Assembly (NCBI RefSeq): GCF_031769215.1
Contig: NW_026782296.1
Span: 310,001 to 374,000 of the forward strand
Length of the DNA: 64,000 nucleotides
Direction of reading: 5' to 3'
DNA from: Ylistrum balloti
Lineage: Eukaryota
Shown piece after piece: positions 36,680 to 49,691 of this stretch. The translations under genes and the position numbers were made by a program. How positions within the stretch are numbered: position 1 is the first letter of the stretch; each line of letters starts with the position of its first letter. The notes beneath the pieces were generated by a model that ran no database searches, was not told where the DNA came from, and saw only the letters and a list, made by a program, of their open reading frames with translations.

Positions 36680-39460
36680 GTAGAATTGTGTTATGGTCTT
36701 TGTTATGTGATGCTAAAGATCTTTTGCAAATCTCTAGTTATTTTCATGTAAACTCAAAAGTATTAAACAGCAAATAGCAATATATCAGTAACTAAAATCA
36801 TGTTTGGATAATTCAGTAATATTGTCTTAATTTGTAAAAACACTGAAGTTAATTTTTCTTGTTATTGTATATTATAAGATTAATTATCTTGAATTAACAT
36901 TTGTCTGACATACATGTGGACTTAAGTCGTTAACGGAGAAATCATACATAGATTTGAATGGTAATCTAATTCCTGTGTTGATACATTAAGTTATGATAGA
37001 AGCCAGTTGCATATGAATGTTTTCTCACAATTCAGTTTTATACATAATTTTTTTTTTCAGATAAAAATCATGACTTCTCATATAATTGTTCAATTAATGG
37101 AATTGAAATGGAATGCCATTACTGGACTCATTCCATGGGGAGGCCAGACCAGATAGGAACAGTTTGGACCATTCAACTTTATAGAAGTAGCCTTTCTCTT
37201 TTGTGGAACATTTTGTTAAATGATGGAATTCTATCCGTTTTACAAATTACCACTACGTCACAATGTCCTTTCATTATAAAACATTACATTATCATGGTAT
37301 AGAAATAATCACTCAAGGAAGAACTAACAGTTTATCTACCAAATAGTAGATTAGTGTGATTAACATGGAAACCAGAAGATGTTATGTGATATTACAAATA
37401 TATTGGTTAAAAGTAAAGATTTTCAGAAGTGCTACATGTATGTTGGGAGGAGTTCTTCCTTACATGTTTAATAAATCATTTAATGATAAAAAAATTGCAA
37501 GCTTGTTTTATTTGTCATAGTATTGAAATACAGAATTTAAATTAATTTAATTCATTAAATGGTGATTTACCTGGTAATAAACTTAAGAATCAAATCTGTC
37601 ATGTTTTAAGCCTACCAACACCATATGGTTATCTGTTAGATTTTATTGACTATGCTCACTGCAACTTCCATCATTCCTACATGGGAATATGGCCCATGTG
37701 ACAATGACAGCTGTTAAGAAAATCTTACCACTTTTGTATAGTTTAAACATAATTTATCTTGGTAAAGGAATTGGCCACAAGATTTTGAAACGTGGACCAT
37801 ATGATTTTTGTAAGTTAAGGTAGCAATTAGATTTTATGCTTAATAAGGTTACAGTTTCACATCAAATGTCAACATGAGATATTCCATTTTCTATTATGTT
37901 TTATACTCTACTTGTACACAGAAGTGTGGATCTGTGCCACATTTAATTGGTCCAACATGGCAGCCATTATAAGAGTCTTTTTGTTACATGGACCAGTAAT
38001 ACTGAGTAGGGAATGGTTCATATCTGGTTCTACATGAAATCTGCCTGTACATTAGGCAAGAAGGTATCTTCAAAATCCTCATAATTGTACTAGTTCTTCT
38101 GACTGGAAATCCTATGTAGACATTAAATTAATTGAAAATAGTGCTTTGTATGGTTCAAACATAATTCTTAATGCAAATTTGACATATGCATCACTTGTAA
38201 TGGCTGCTATTGTCATCGAATTGAAAACTATATTCCCTTATCTGAAGAGTGGGCAATGATCCCATGTTGGTCCTACATAAAACTTGAACCTATGCAATAG
38301 CCTAGGTATCTGGTTATCATCACATCTGCCTGTTTAAGAAAAGTGATCTTGTACTGATTTGTTTGTATGGTTTTAAAGCATTTTTTTAACCAACAATGTT
38401 TATTTTGGTGAACTCTGCATAATCACTTGTATGCAATATTTATTGTGTTCCTATATGGAAAACAACATAGTCTACTTATTACAGAGCTTTGTGAAAGAAC
38501 TTGTGGCATATGTCATAATTCTCGGGGAAACCCATGGCATAACACAGAAAGTTTGAAAGTTTATTCTAGTTAAGCTCTGTAGAGTTAAAGGCTTTATGAC
38601 TTCCAGAATCCAGCTAGACTATAGAACAACCGTTACATATATAAAGTATATTCAACGAAAACTTGGATGCAAGATCATTGAACATCATTAACCATGTTTT
38701 AAATAATCAAACCTTCAGTTTATGCACCAAAGTCATGACCTTCAAATCAAAGACGCATGATGTAACACACTCAGGTAGGTATCTAAGACAGGGATCTTAT
38801 TTGTACTTTGAATAATGACAAGACCTTCACTAATGACTAGCACATGGTCCCAACTCGATGGGACTAGATGCAACATTCAAGATGGTGGCATTTTATATGC
38901 CAGTTCCCAATAAATGTGAATATTTCATCAAATAGTCACCAGGCCCTTGTTGAAACCTTAAGGGTTAACCAGTGTATAGGGAAAAAATTTAAATTGTTGC
39001 CATTGAAGATACAAGTGTTAAAACAAAATTGACACTTGAAATATATCAAATCTGACCTGGCTCAACAAATCTTCTGCTGTGAAGTCATAAACAGTGTCCC
39101 AAATTTGTACAATTCATATTTGAAAATTTTCACTAACCTGTTGTTATCTCTTACCAGTCTTTGAACAACTGGAGCCAGATTTTCATCTTTGATTGAAAAA
39201 CTTTTTTTCCAGAAAGTTCTGGAGAATTCTTTCAGCTCCTGCTACTTTCTGTTGTCCATGATGTTGATACTGACCATTTAAACATGAAATACACTAGGAA
39301 GATTTGACATTTTAACTTTGTTAGAAAATTGTGAACCAAGTTACACTAATATATCAGGAAAGATGATGGTAATTTATTCAAGACTTTAACATAAATATCA
39401 CTAAGATACTCTTTCACATTTCTAATGCATTGTTTCAATAGTGATGCATCATCATAAAAT

Positions 39461-40435
39461 AAACAAGAGATCCCAGAGGGATCTTGGCGCCCACCATTTG
39501 AGGATCTGTTTTCAGTTCTTGAAGATTTGTTTATTTTTTTTTTTTTGTTTGTTACAGGTGTTGTAAATGTTCATGAACTGGTCTTCATTGAATGTACTCA
39601 ATGATGGCACAAGATATTTTTATTAAGCACCTATTAGCAAATATCATTTGAAAAAGATCCCAAAGTATTATTAGATAGCAGTCAGTTACAGGTGGATAAT
39701 GGACAATATGCTTGTGCTGTATTACTGTTGACATCCAAGATGGCTGCCTGTGGGCCACCTTGATTTCAAATCAGTCCAAAACAGGTACAATGCACAACTA
39801 GGGACCAAGAGAAACCAATATCTATGAAATATCAGAAGGATCCATCCAGTACTTTCCAAGAAATAGCGGTAACAATCTTTTACATCCAAAATCCAAGATG
39901 GCCACCTGTCGGCCATCTTGAATTCGAATCAGTCCAAAAAAGGTATAATGCACAACTAGGGACCAAGGGGAAACTGCATATGAAATTTGATAAAGATCCA
40001 TCCAGTACTTTCCAAGAAATAGCAGTAACAAACTTTTACTTCCAAAATCCAAGATGGCCTCCTGTCGGCCATCTTGAATTCGAATCAGTCCAAAAAAGGT
40101 ACAATGCACAACTAGGGACAAAGGGGAAACTGCATATGAAATTTGAGAAAGATCCATCCAGTACTTTCTCAGAAATAGCGGTAACAAACTTTTACTTCCA
40201 AAATCCAAGATGGCCACCTGTCGGCCATCTTGAATTCGAATCAGTTCAAAAATGGTACAATGCACAACTAGGGACCAAGGAGAATCTGCATATGAAATTT
40301 GAGAAAGATCCATCCAGTACTTTTCCAGAAATATGGTAACAATAATTGTTTATGGACGGACGGATGGACGAAGGACCACTGACGGCAGGGCGATTTGAAT
40401 ACCCCACTATCTGATGATGGTGGGCTAAAAAAAAA
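39461..40435 (+). mobile_element. HINE-like non-autonomous element carrying about 3.6 copies of a 156-bp internal repeat
   Basis: 5' AAACAAGAGATCCCAGAGGGATCTTGGCGCCCACC contains a hairpin and the subterminal GCCCACC. The internal period is 156 (39891, 40047, 40203). GGACGGACGGATGGACG follows, then the 3' hairpin CCCACTATCTGATGATGGTGGGC and an A-run. Confidence 0.8.
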
Positions 40436-41394
40436 CCAAGTCAACAAATGTCCATATCAACATTTTAATTTTCAAATAAAAAAAAACAGTGTTACAAAAA
40501 CAACATCACAATATAACACTTCTGTTTCAATTTGACATTTCACTTCCATTGCTTTCCATTGAGAATATGATTTTCTTGAAAGACATCATTATAAGTGTAG
40601 AAACCAGAGCATTTGTTCTGTAATGTCATTTGTAGTCATATATACATAAAGACATGAGCTGTTGTTTTTGGAGTTACCATTTATATTCCACATCAATTTG
40701 TTTTTGTTGTGATATTTATCAACCAGGCGTACATATTAGATCACATCCTATGGAATACATTTACAATGAAGACAGAATTATTAATTATTTCAAAATCTGG
40801 AATGCATATTGGATTTCATTTTTATGGTTTTTAAAAATGTACAACAGATATAAAAAAAAATTGAATGTTGAAATTCTCATGTTGGCCCCGGAGTTCAAAT
40901 TTTAATTGATATGACAATTCTTAAAAAATTTTGCAGGCTGTATATGTATCTGTTAAAAAATGTGTATTCTATTCGACAGTTGATACCTAAACAAAATGTT
41001 TTGCTCATCAAAGGACACATACAAAGGTGGAAAAAAATGGTTGTGCATTATGGATTTCTAATCTGTTTTGACCGAGCTTGATAATGTAACTCATGTAACA
41101 TACATACCACTGAATTACATGTTACAGTATTACACATGGTTTAAAGTACAAAACAAGATATGTCAAAACATTCAAAACTGCTTGATATACTTAATTCAAC
41201 TCTTTTTTTTATCTTTTCTGTCATATTACAAAAACTTAACATGATATATTTTTAAAATTTATAATCTTCAATTAAATGACAAGCTTGCATAGAAGTACAC
41301 ATATATATATATATATATATATCTGTACAGCAGTGATTTCTGTACAAAATACATCCCTGGTATATACCTCCCATTTATATAGATTACCATCCTC

Positions 41395-41732
41395 GATACT
41401 CCAGTGGTTACAATCACTTTCGCTCTCTGCACTCCTGGAACTTGTCATGGCAAAACCAAAGGGGCAAGTGAAGAAATGTGATTGGCTCCAGGAGAAAACA
41501 AAAAGACCAATCACAGGCTGAAACACTCCTTTTGAAGATTACAAAAGAGCAACACCCAATTTCAAAGCCAGCACAACATACTGTAACCCCAGGTTCGTTT
41601 GATGTACATCAAAAGATCAATAGAGTCTTTTGGTCTTGTCCACAAAGTATTGCACAGCACATGGAACCTTCAACTTTTCCATGACATGTTCCTGGTGTGC
41701 AGAGAGTGAAAATGACTAACCCCTGGAGTATC
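41395..41732. mobile_element. Fold-back / MITE-like element with about 65-bp imperfect inverted arms
   Basis: Left arm GATACTCCAGTGGTTACAATCACTTTCGCTCTCTGCACTCCTGGAACTTGTCATGG matches the reverse complement of the right arm, GATACTCCAGGGGTTAGTCATTTTCACTCTCTGCACACCAGGAACATGTCATGG. No clear TSD. Confidence 0.65.
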
Positions 41733-44700
41733 TATAATGACAGATTACAAGATGATGGCAATATTCTTTCAGCAATTGGTGCAGTCACACGTCCTAGTTG
41801 TAACTGTCACTCTAAACCACTAATATATGTATACTGGAGTGCATCTAACATCACATTGAAGACAAATTAATATCTGTACATTAATTGTCTCTGATGGTGA
41901 ACCAAAGATCAAAAGGAATATTTGATCACATATGGTCAACTCCTGAATATTATTGTATTTCTAGAAGTGGTGGTGACAGGGCTCTGTTGTATATGTTGTA
42001 AGTAACAATATGGACTTGAAGACATCAGTCTTACAAAATTATTTAGACACGATAGAACCTAATCATCCAGAATGTATGACAGCCATAACATCAATACAAC
42101 TACCATATACATTTTACAGACAGGGAAATGACTGAATATACTTACTGACCACTGTAAATTGTAATACTTCATATTTAAAAAAAAAAAAAATTAAGTTTAT
42201 AGATTAAAGATTTTTCTTACAATATGTTCTGGGGGCCAACATACAAATTCTGACTGAAAAGTCTGAGGACCGACTTACAGAAAGACAATGAAAAATAAAA
42301 TTTACCAAACAGCAATGGGTGGGCTTATTATAGCAGAAAAGACCACTATTCATTTACAATCTGCTTTTCTTACACAGAAAACTCATTTTCCTTAATTGGA
42401 AAAAATATCCATTTTTCCAATACTACTAAGCATATATGCTTTTGAACACTATTTCTGAATTCTGTTTGATTGTGTAAACATCATAGAGGGATGTAATTCT
42501 TAAAAGATGTTGATATGGCCCCTAAAATATCTAACGATACTACATCTAGGCTGAATTCTCAGATCCCTTTCTATCAGAGCACCGTTGATAACTTAAGAAA
42601 TCTGAAAGAAGGATTTCTTACATTTTATATAATACATCTTGCCCATCATTGCAATGTAATGGAAAAGTAAGTTATAAAAAGATTTCTTTATTTTTCACTT
42701 CAATTTATTATTCTTTGTTTATATCAATTGTCCTTGTAGAATCTACAAATAATGCACACAATTCACATTCACACTGACTCACATTACAGAAACAGTTGAC
42801 AATCATTACACATTACCGGTATCTAACAATATGACTGCAGGAATGCCAGCTGCAGTGTTTATTACTGAGCTTCAATTTGAAACATATTTTAGCCTAGCAT
42901 TGTTTCACAAAGGATCTACATATTGCACACAATCAATTTTCTATTTCTTTCTTTCTATTTTAATTGAAATAAAAATCTCTAAATCACTTCCAAGTCTATC
43001 TATAGTATTACATTTCTGTCTGTTTGTGTCCACAATCAGCAGTTTGATTATTTTGATGCTATTACATATAAATTAGATCCAATATGGACGCTGTAATTAC
43101 AAAGTATAAGTATTCATGAAATATTTTTTTCTCCTTTCTTTTTCCATTATCTTTAGAAGTTTATTTGTACATAACACATAAATCTATTACAAAAAAAATT
43201 ATTTACACAATCAATTTTTTTATACTAATAAAGCAATTAACCAGTCAAACTATAATTATATTTCTGGACACAGAATAGTCTTGGTGTCACCTCAATTTAT
43301 TTGATAAATTTGACTTCAGGAAATATCAAATGTGAGGCCCTGTAGTACATACAAGAATACATATAATTAAGTTATTTGATAACTCTACATCAATTCAGAA
43401 TGAAGAATTACGTGACATTTATCACCAATATTGTCACAAATGATTCAGGCATGTAGCCATTTTTGTTTACTGATGACAGTGCTTTTAAGCATGTATTATC
43501 ATATATGATGCAAAATTTACATATACAGTTAATAAACAGATAAGGATTTCCTTTATATAATTCTTAATCAACATCATAATGTACATATTTCAGCGAAAAC
43601 CAACAATCACTGTCCATAAGGTGACACATTTGATATATATGCAATAATAAAAAAATTTTAAAAAATTAATACACCATGATGTTGTTTTAACACAGCATAC
43701 TAAAGGTCAAGTACACAATCACGACAAAGGACTTATTGGTTACAATGAATAAATTGTTGTATTAAGATTTTAAACTTTGTCCTTTGGAATATGTCAAGGT
43801 CATTCACTTGAACAAACTAATTCATCTATCCCTGCCTACTGCTGGTCTGATTGATGTATTATGACTGAATTCTTACAAAACTTAAAATTATATCAAATAC
43901 ACTCAAATTTTACATTTGAGTAATTCATCAACATGACATATATAATACATACTAGTACTCATGTATCAATTTGTCAAATCACACTTTTAAATAATACATA
44001 AGTAGTTGCATGAATGTTTTACTTTATAGTGAAGATGCTCAAACATAATCAGGGCATGATCACAAATGATTGAAATGATAAATATCCTTGGGACTTGTAC
44101 AGTAATGGTGACAATGTTGTCTGGAGTATCTTGTCTAATTTTTTAGAAAACATCAGACTCCATTTCCTGCTCCAGATATATAAAGGGATGAATGAAGGTT
44201 GCAAAATATCTTATCGATACATATGTCAATCATGGATCAGTGGATTTGATGTGGGTGGGAGGGGCGCCATGATAGCTAGGTCAGTTGAGCGTGGGACCAA
44301 GACAACCTCTAATGAAGATCAAAAGTGCTTAGTTCTATCCCTGCTGGGAGTGGTGATGTTTCTCAGGCAGATGAAACGTTGTGTTATGGTGGCTGTGTCT
44401 TTAGGCAAACACTTTACCTTTAGTCTGGATAACATGCAGCAGACTTTCCACATGACGTTCACTGAGGAATCAACCACCAGCTACAACTACAAGGAAATCC
44501 CATCAAAACATATCTCAGCAGTTCACCAGACGATAAACCCAGCATTGACACTATGGAAACATACATCAACACACAACCACTTCAAAAAAAGGGAAAACAT
44601 TTAGAGAAGAGTTGGTATTCCACATGAGGAACATTTACAATGAGCACTTGATATACCACCACACATGGGGAAGAGTGAACATTAAATAAGCCACACAGAA

Positions 44701-45760
44701 GACATATTTACTGTGAACCGTTGATATACCACCACACAGTGGGAACAGTAGATAATCCTCACAGGAGAAATAGTTATGTAGTGAATGGTTGATAAACCAC
44801 ACACAGGGAATGAAAGAAGAAGTAATTGTCAATATATCAAGGGAAAAAGTAAACTTTATCACAACTTATCATACAGTGACAAATAGTAACATTCTTATGT
44901 ATGCCTGGTATCAAGGGTTCAGTGCTGTATCTCAATATCATTGTGCAGCAATGAAAGCAGGTAATGATTAGTAGCATTTTCCTATAGTAAGTATTTGTAA
45001 GTGTATATACACTGTATGAACGAGGGCTAAAATCCATTTTATTATTATAGATTTCAGGCACTGTACTAAGTACATGTTTAGTGTGTAATATCATTTTTAT
45101 AACTCAATGATCAACTGAAAAGAAATTAAACAATCTGTTAATACTGATACAGAGATACCTCTGTTCTTTTATCTGTTGGTTTTTTTAACAATAAAAATAT
45201 ATGTTACATAATTAATTCTCATTTGATACATTTTTCAATAATACTTCAGAGAATATCAACATTGTAAACTGCTAATCCTTTCTGGTATAGTTTGTGTAGG
45301 ACATCAATATAAGCGAAGTACACCACCAAATATCTAAAGAGTAATTCTAGTCAGTTTCACATAAAAATGGCTGACTGGTTTTGTTTTCATTATGGAACCA
45401 AGTCATAATTAGGCAATGATGTGTAGTTCAGATACAATGCATATAAATTTTAGTTCGGAAACCAACAACATCGACACACCATCACATTCCATGTCACATT
45501 TACTGACAGTTTGTGTGTATACAGCTAGGTGAAACAAATGGAAATATTGATTGTGCCAGTTTTCAATGTCAATTGAATACAACAATTATCTTGAATGTAC
45601 ATGTATTTGAATACCAACTTGATTCAAGAGTTATATAACACACAGTTATTTACACATATACTTACAGATATATCACAAGACAGTTGTATTTTCATAACTT
45701 AGAAATTGGAATATCATGTTTCTATATATTGGAAATTTAGCTGCCAATCAATCTACAATG

Positions 45761-47073
45761 TTAATGATGCAAATTCCTGAAAATTGGTTCTACTAGATAC
45801 ATACAGGTCTGTTGAGACAGCCAGTAACTGGATAACACACAGTACTGAACATATCCAATCAGGTAACCGAAAAGGACATCACTAACATGATGACGTCCAA
45901 GCATTAGTCTGGATGCAGTAACGAAAACTGACCACAGCAACAGAAGTCCATGGAATGATGAATTCACAACCAATCTTTCAGCTAGTAGGAAGGCCACCAT
46001 TGCTGCTCTTGTAGCATGGCCAGAAGGAAATGAATAGTTGTCAACAGAAACTGTTGCAAACATGTCCATTTTATTGTGCGCTGGTCTTGGACGCTGGAAC
46101 AGGAACTTCAGAAATGCCACTATTATCAGGTCACCAATAAGACCTACAAAAGAGATTTGATATATTATGATATCGGATCAATACTTATACATAACTACAT
46201 GTATATTCATATCTATTTAAGTACTATTTTGGGAATATGCATATTCATATAACATTGAAGGAGTTTCCATACGCTCAAATCAAGTGTTTCAACTACACAA
46301 TATACATGTATACTCTTAGTAACATCTGGGACATATAATATTGTATTATATGTCCCTGGAAACATTAATCCGTGTACAATCGGATGTCACTTGATTACAT
46401 CTATGAACATGTGTTAAATGAAGCAAGAAGATGATTACAAAGATGTCCGCAACACTAAATTAAAGTACTAAATTTCACAATTGGAACATTTTTAATAATG
46501 GTTTGATTTAAAACTAGTATACAACCCCTTTGCTTCTACCAAATTGTTCAACAACAGGCGCTTAGTCTGCTGATGAAAAATTACAAATGTAATATATATA
46601 TATACATATCCTACTAATTTTTTTTCATTTTTTTATCATCGAGCTAAGTGGCTGTGGTTCAGCCATTTCGACAGTTACCGATATACTGACAAAAGCTTCA
46701 GCTACAATGGTACTACTTCATGAACTCGACTTCAAGTGCTAATTGGCTGTAAGCATTTTTATTTACCTATAAATAAATTAACGAGAACTTCTATATGAGC
46801 TGCTTTATGAAGGGTTAGTAACATGCCGACTGTTCCTAAGAGCCAAGGAATTCCGTGGCAAGATATTTCCAATGCCTTCATCAGAGGTCGGAGGTTCCCA
46901 AACGATGAATCCTTGTCGGCACAAATACTGCATTTCTTTGTCAGCCTTATATCAGCTGAAGCTATCGATTTCAAGAAAGAATCCACTGATTTGATGAGTT
47001 TCTGGTGTTGCAAGTCCTTATTACGATTATTAGATCCATTCGTTCTTCGTTTTTTTCTTGCAATGGATGACAT
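45761..47073 (-). CDS. Phospholipid phosphatase 6/7-like (PAP2 family, PPAPDC2/3 type), 229 aa, 2 exons
   Basis: Exons 47073-46767 and 46143-45761 total 690 nt. The motifs LEISCHGIPW, KFLFQRPRP (C1), SFPSGH (C2) and SRLMLGRHHVSD (C3) are intact. Confidence 0.92.
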
Positions 47074-47565
47074 TTTCGTTCCTCAACTTGCAAAGTCTCA
47101 ATATAATGTCATGATTTCATTGGTCGATGGTGAAGTCCCGGGAAATCCCTTTCAATGCGGAACTCTGGGTAGAACACTAAATATAGAAAGCGTGCTGGTT
47201 TCCATGACCGCAAGGTGTTCAATAAAATTTTTTCTTAACAATCTACTTATCATTTTTTAATGTTCCCTATTTCTTTTGATGAAAAAAATTAATTTCGGTT
47301 CAAGCAAAACATATAAAATCTACTTTGGTTGGAAAAGAGACTGAACAATGTTTTCTGAAAATCATGTGATTTCCATCAGTGACGTCAAGAAAAGTATTTC
47401 GGGTGCGGGAGATACAAGATGACAGTATAGCGGTTGTAAGGAACAAGGTGTATTTTAACCTGTATTTGCTTCTAGATTTGAGATGTTAACACAGAATAAC
47501 TAATAGCGCATAAAAAACTTTCAACCGACCGTCAACTCCCATACAGAAGAAATTAATAATAGAGA
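47074..47565. promoter_or_regulatory. Probable bidirectional promoter between the PLPP6/7-like gene and FAM78
   Basis: The divergent ATGs are 492 bp apart, with a perfect CRE palindrome TGACGTCA at 47380-47387. Confidence 0.6.
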
Positions 47566-49691
47566 ATGTCGAAAAAAACAGATGAGACTGAAAACAGCCC
47601 TGCTTGGTGTAACCAGAATGCTATAACTGCAGATGTGGTACCCGATGTGCTGTCGAAGATCAGGGTCTTGAACCTAAATGCAAGAATTGAAAACCAACCT
47701 ACCACAATTGATGAAAGTTCCAGTGCGGTTTTGAAGTACCAAACACCAAATTTCCGGTAAGACAACTAGAAATTTAATCTAAATGCAGCAAAAAATACTC
47801 CACATTTCACATCACTTTTACCAGTAAATAATCATTTTTAGAAACAGTTTACCCTTGACATCGATTTTTTTCTTTACTGTTGACCTCGTGATGTTGGGAG
47901 GTTAGATTGCCCTAGTGGACGATATCTGCCCTTTAAAAAGAAATTAAAAGATGTCAATCTTAGCCGTGGGCGGGATGCACTAGAACTGTAGATATTATTT
48001 TTTCTTTAAATCAAAGCATGAATTTACCAAGAACACCATTGTGCCGACCTCAACTTTACATACTGTTACTCTATATGTAGTGTTTGGAAAATCTTGAATG
48101 CCATGTATCAGGAGAAAATGACTATGAAAAAACTTAGATTGTATAGTATATTTGAAACAATTACAGGAGTAAAATGATAAAAAACTAACCTATGAAGTGA
48201 ATAAAAATACAGAATCAATATTCATGCAGAAAGATGCCAAACTTTTCAAAACTTTAAATTTTACAATATTACTGCAAGCTAACTGGACCATAGTTTCACC
48301 ATTTGACTTGTCTTGCACACACTAAAAAAAATAAAAGACTAAGAGATCTGTTAATTTTCATTATTTCACATTGACATGTCAAAAAAGCAAAAAAAAAAAA
48401 AAAAATAATAATAATAATAAAAAAAACTATAGTATTGTCTGCACACTACCTATTCAACTTATATACTGTTTACTGTGTACCCTTGACATTTTGTTTATCA
48501 AAGATAACCATGTGTTGTTAGCAATGAACAAAAATTTGCATCTTTTGCAGTTGTCATTGTTTTTAACATTTCAGAGTTTCAGCCACTGTAGAGATGGCCC
48601 CAATGCCAGAAGAACATAAGTGGAAGGTTGGCTGGATACAAGCCTGTACTGATATGATGTTCCATAATACATATGGAGATGAAGGATAGTAAGTACACAT
48701 ATGTATTGTAAACATGTGTGAATTAATAAGCTAGAAATGAACACTCAGCCAAACACATTTCTTGTTAGGAATTATATCTTTTTCTCTGTGTATACTAGAC
48801 TTACCAGTGATACTTACCAACATTTGCATCATAGTGCAGGGCTCTCACACCCCATTTTGGGACTGGGCCCGAGGCCGTTATAATTGGGAAAAATAGTGGC
48901 ATTTACCTTAGAATTGGGAAAACTTGGGGTCTAAATTGGGGAAAAAAAGATACTATTTTGCATTGGGAATGGGGCTGAATATCGGCCCCAAATCTGGCAG
49001 ATCGAGAGCCCTGTAGTGAATATGAGTTATTTCAATATCTGCATAAATAGAAGTACCTTGTTTTCATTCAATATAACACCAATTGTTTATTTCCTTTTTC
49101 AGTACAAGTTGGGAATTTCCTGAACTGACCAGTGGCCAACAAATAATGATAAGCGATTGTGATGGCCATCATTACCCATGGTATGGATCTCGCAATGAGA
49201 CTGTCGTGTTCCAGGGTCCATGTACTATGTATCAGTCTGCCAGCATTAGCATGAATGACAACTTCCATCCTCACGTGACATGGCGTAACCCAGCAAACCG
49301 TAGCCAAAATGAACCAAACCTGACCAAGATTGTCCGTGATCAGACCTTTAATGTCTGGCTAGTTGCTTGGAATATGTCACTGCAAAAGGCTTACATCCTC
49401 AAAACTGTGCGATGGAACATGCGTTTGGATATTAAAGTTGATCCAAAGAAACCGTTAGGACAACGGGCAGAGTTAGTCAGCAATCCAGTTCCCAAGCAGC
49501 CAGAGGTACTGGCAGAGAATATTTCTCTACCACGGTGTGCTTTGATGCCTCCAAATGCCAACAGTGCCCAAATGCTTGTTTGGAGACCAGCAACTGGACG
49601 TCCATTGTGTGTAATACCACCAGTATGGCAGAATGATGTTCCAGTAGAAGATCAAGTGCGAAAATATGATAGTAAACTCTGCAGACTTTGA
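47566..49691 (+). CDS. FAM78: FAM78 family protein, 297 aa, 3 exons
   Basis: Exons 47566-47756, 48575-48688 and 49103-49691. Motifs: IDESSSAVLKYQTPNFR, WKVGWIQAC, SWEFP, ISDCDGHHYPWYG, SMNDNFHPHVTW, RDQTFNVWLVA and PNANSAQMLVWRP. Confidence 0.93.
48837..49013. mobile_element. 177-bp MITE in FAM78 intron 2
   Basis: Perfect 10-bp TIRs, CAGGGCTCTC (48837-48846) and GAGAGCCCTG (49004-49013), flanked by the direct repeat TAGTG on both sides. Confidence 0.8.

Noticed and set aside
38788-38815. Candidate PSMB7 last exon (R-QGSYLYFE*)
   Set aside because: The RQGSY start is suggestive, but the acceptor lacks a pyrimidine tract and there is no GTTAVL motif. A similar RQGND* at 42120 was rejected for lacking the motif and stopping after five codons.
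39722-40339. ORFs with 52-aa repeats on both strands
   Set aside because: They are translations of the 156-bp HINE-internal repeat, with no transposase motifs.
44095-44604. 169-aa plus-strand ORF
   Set aside because: No recognisable motifs or convincing splice context; it likely lies antisense to the PLPP 3' region.
46823-47260. 145-aa plus-strand ORF
   Set aside because: It is an antisense shadow of PLPP exon 1 and its 5' region.
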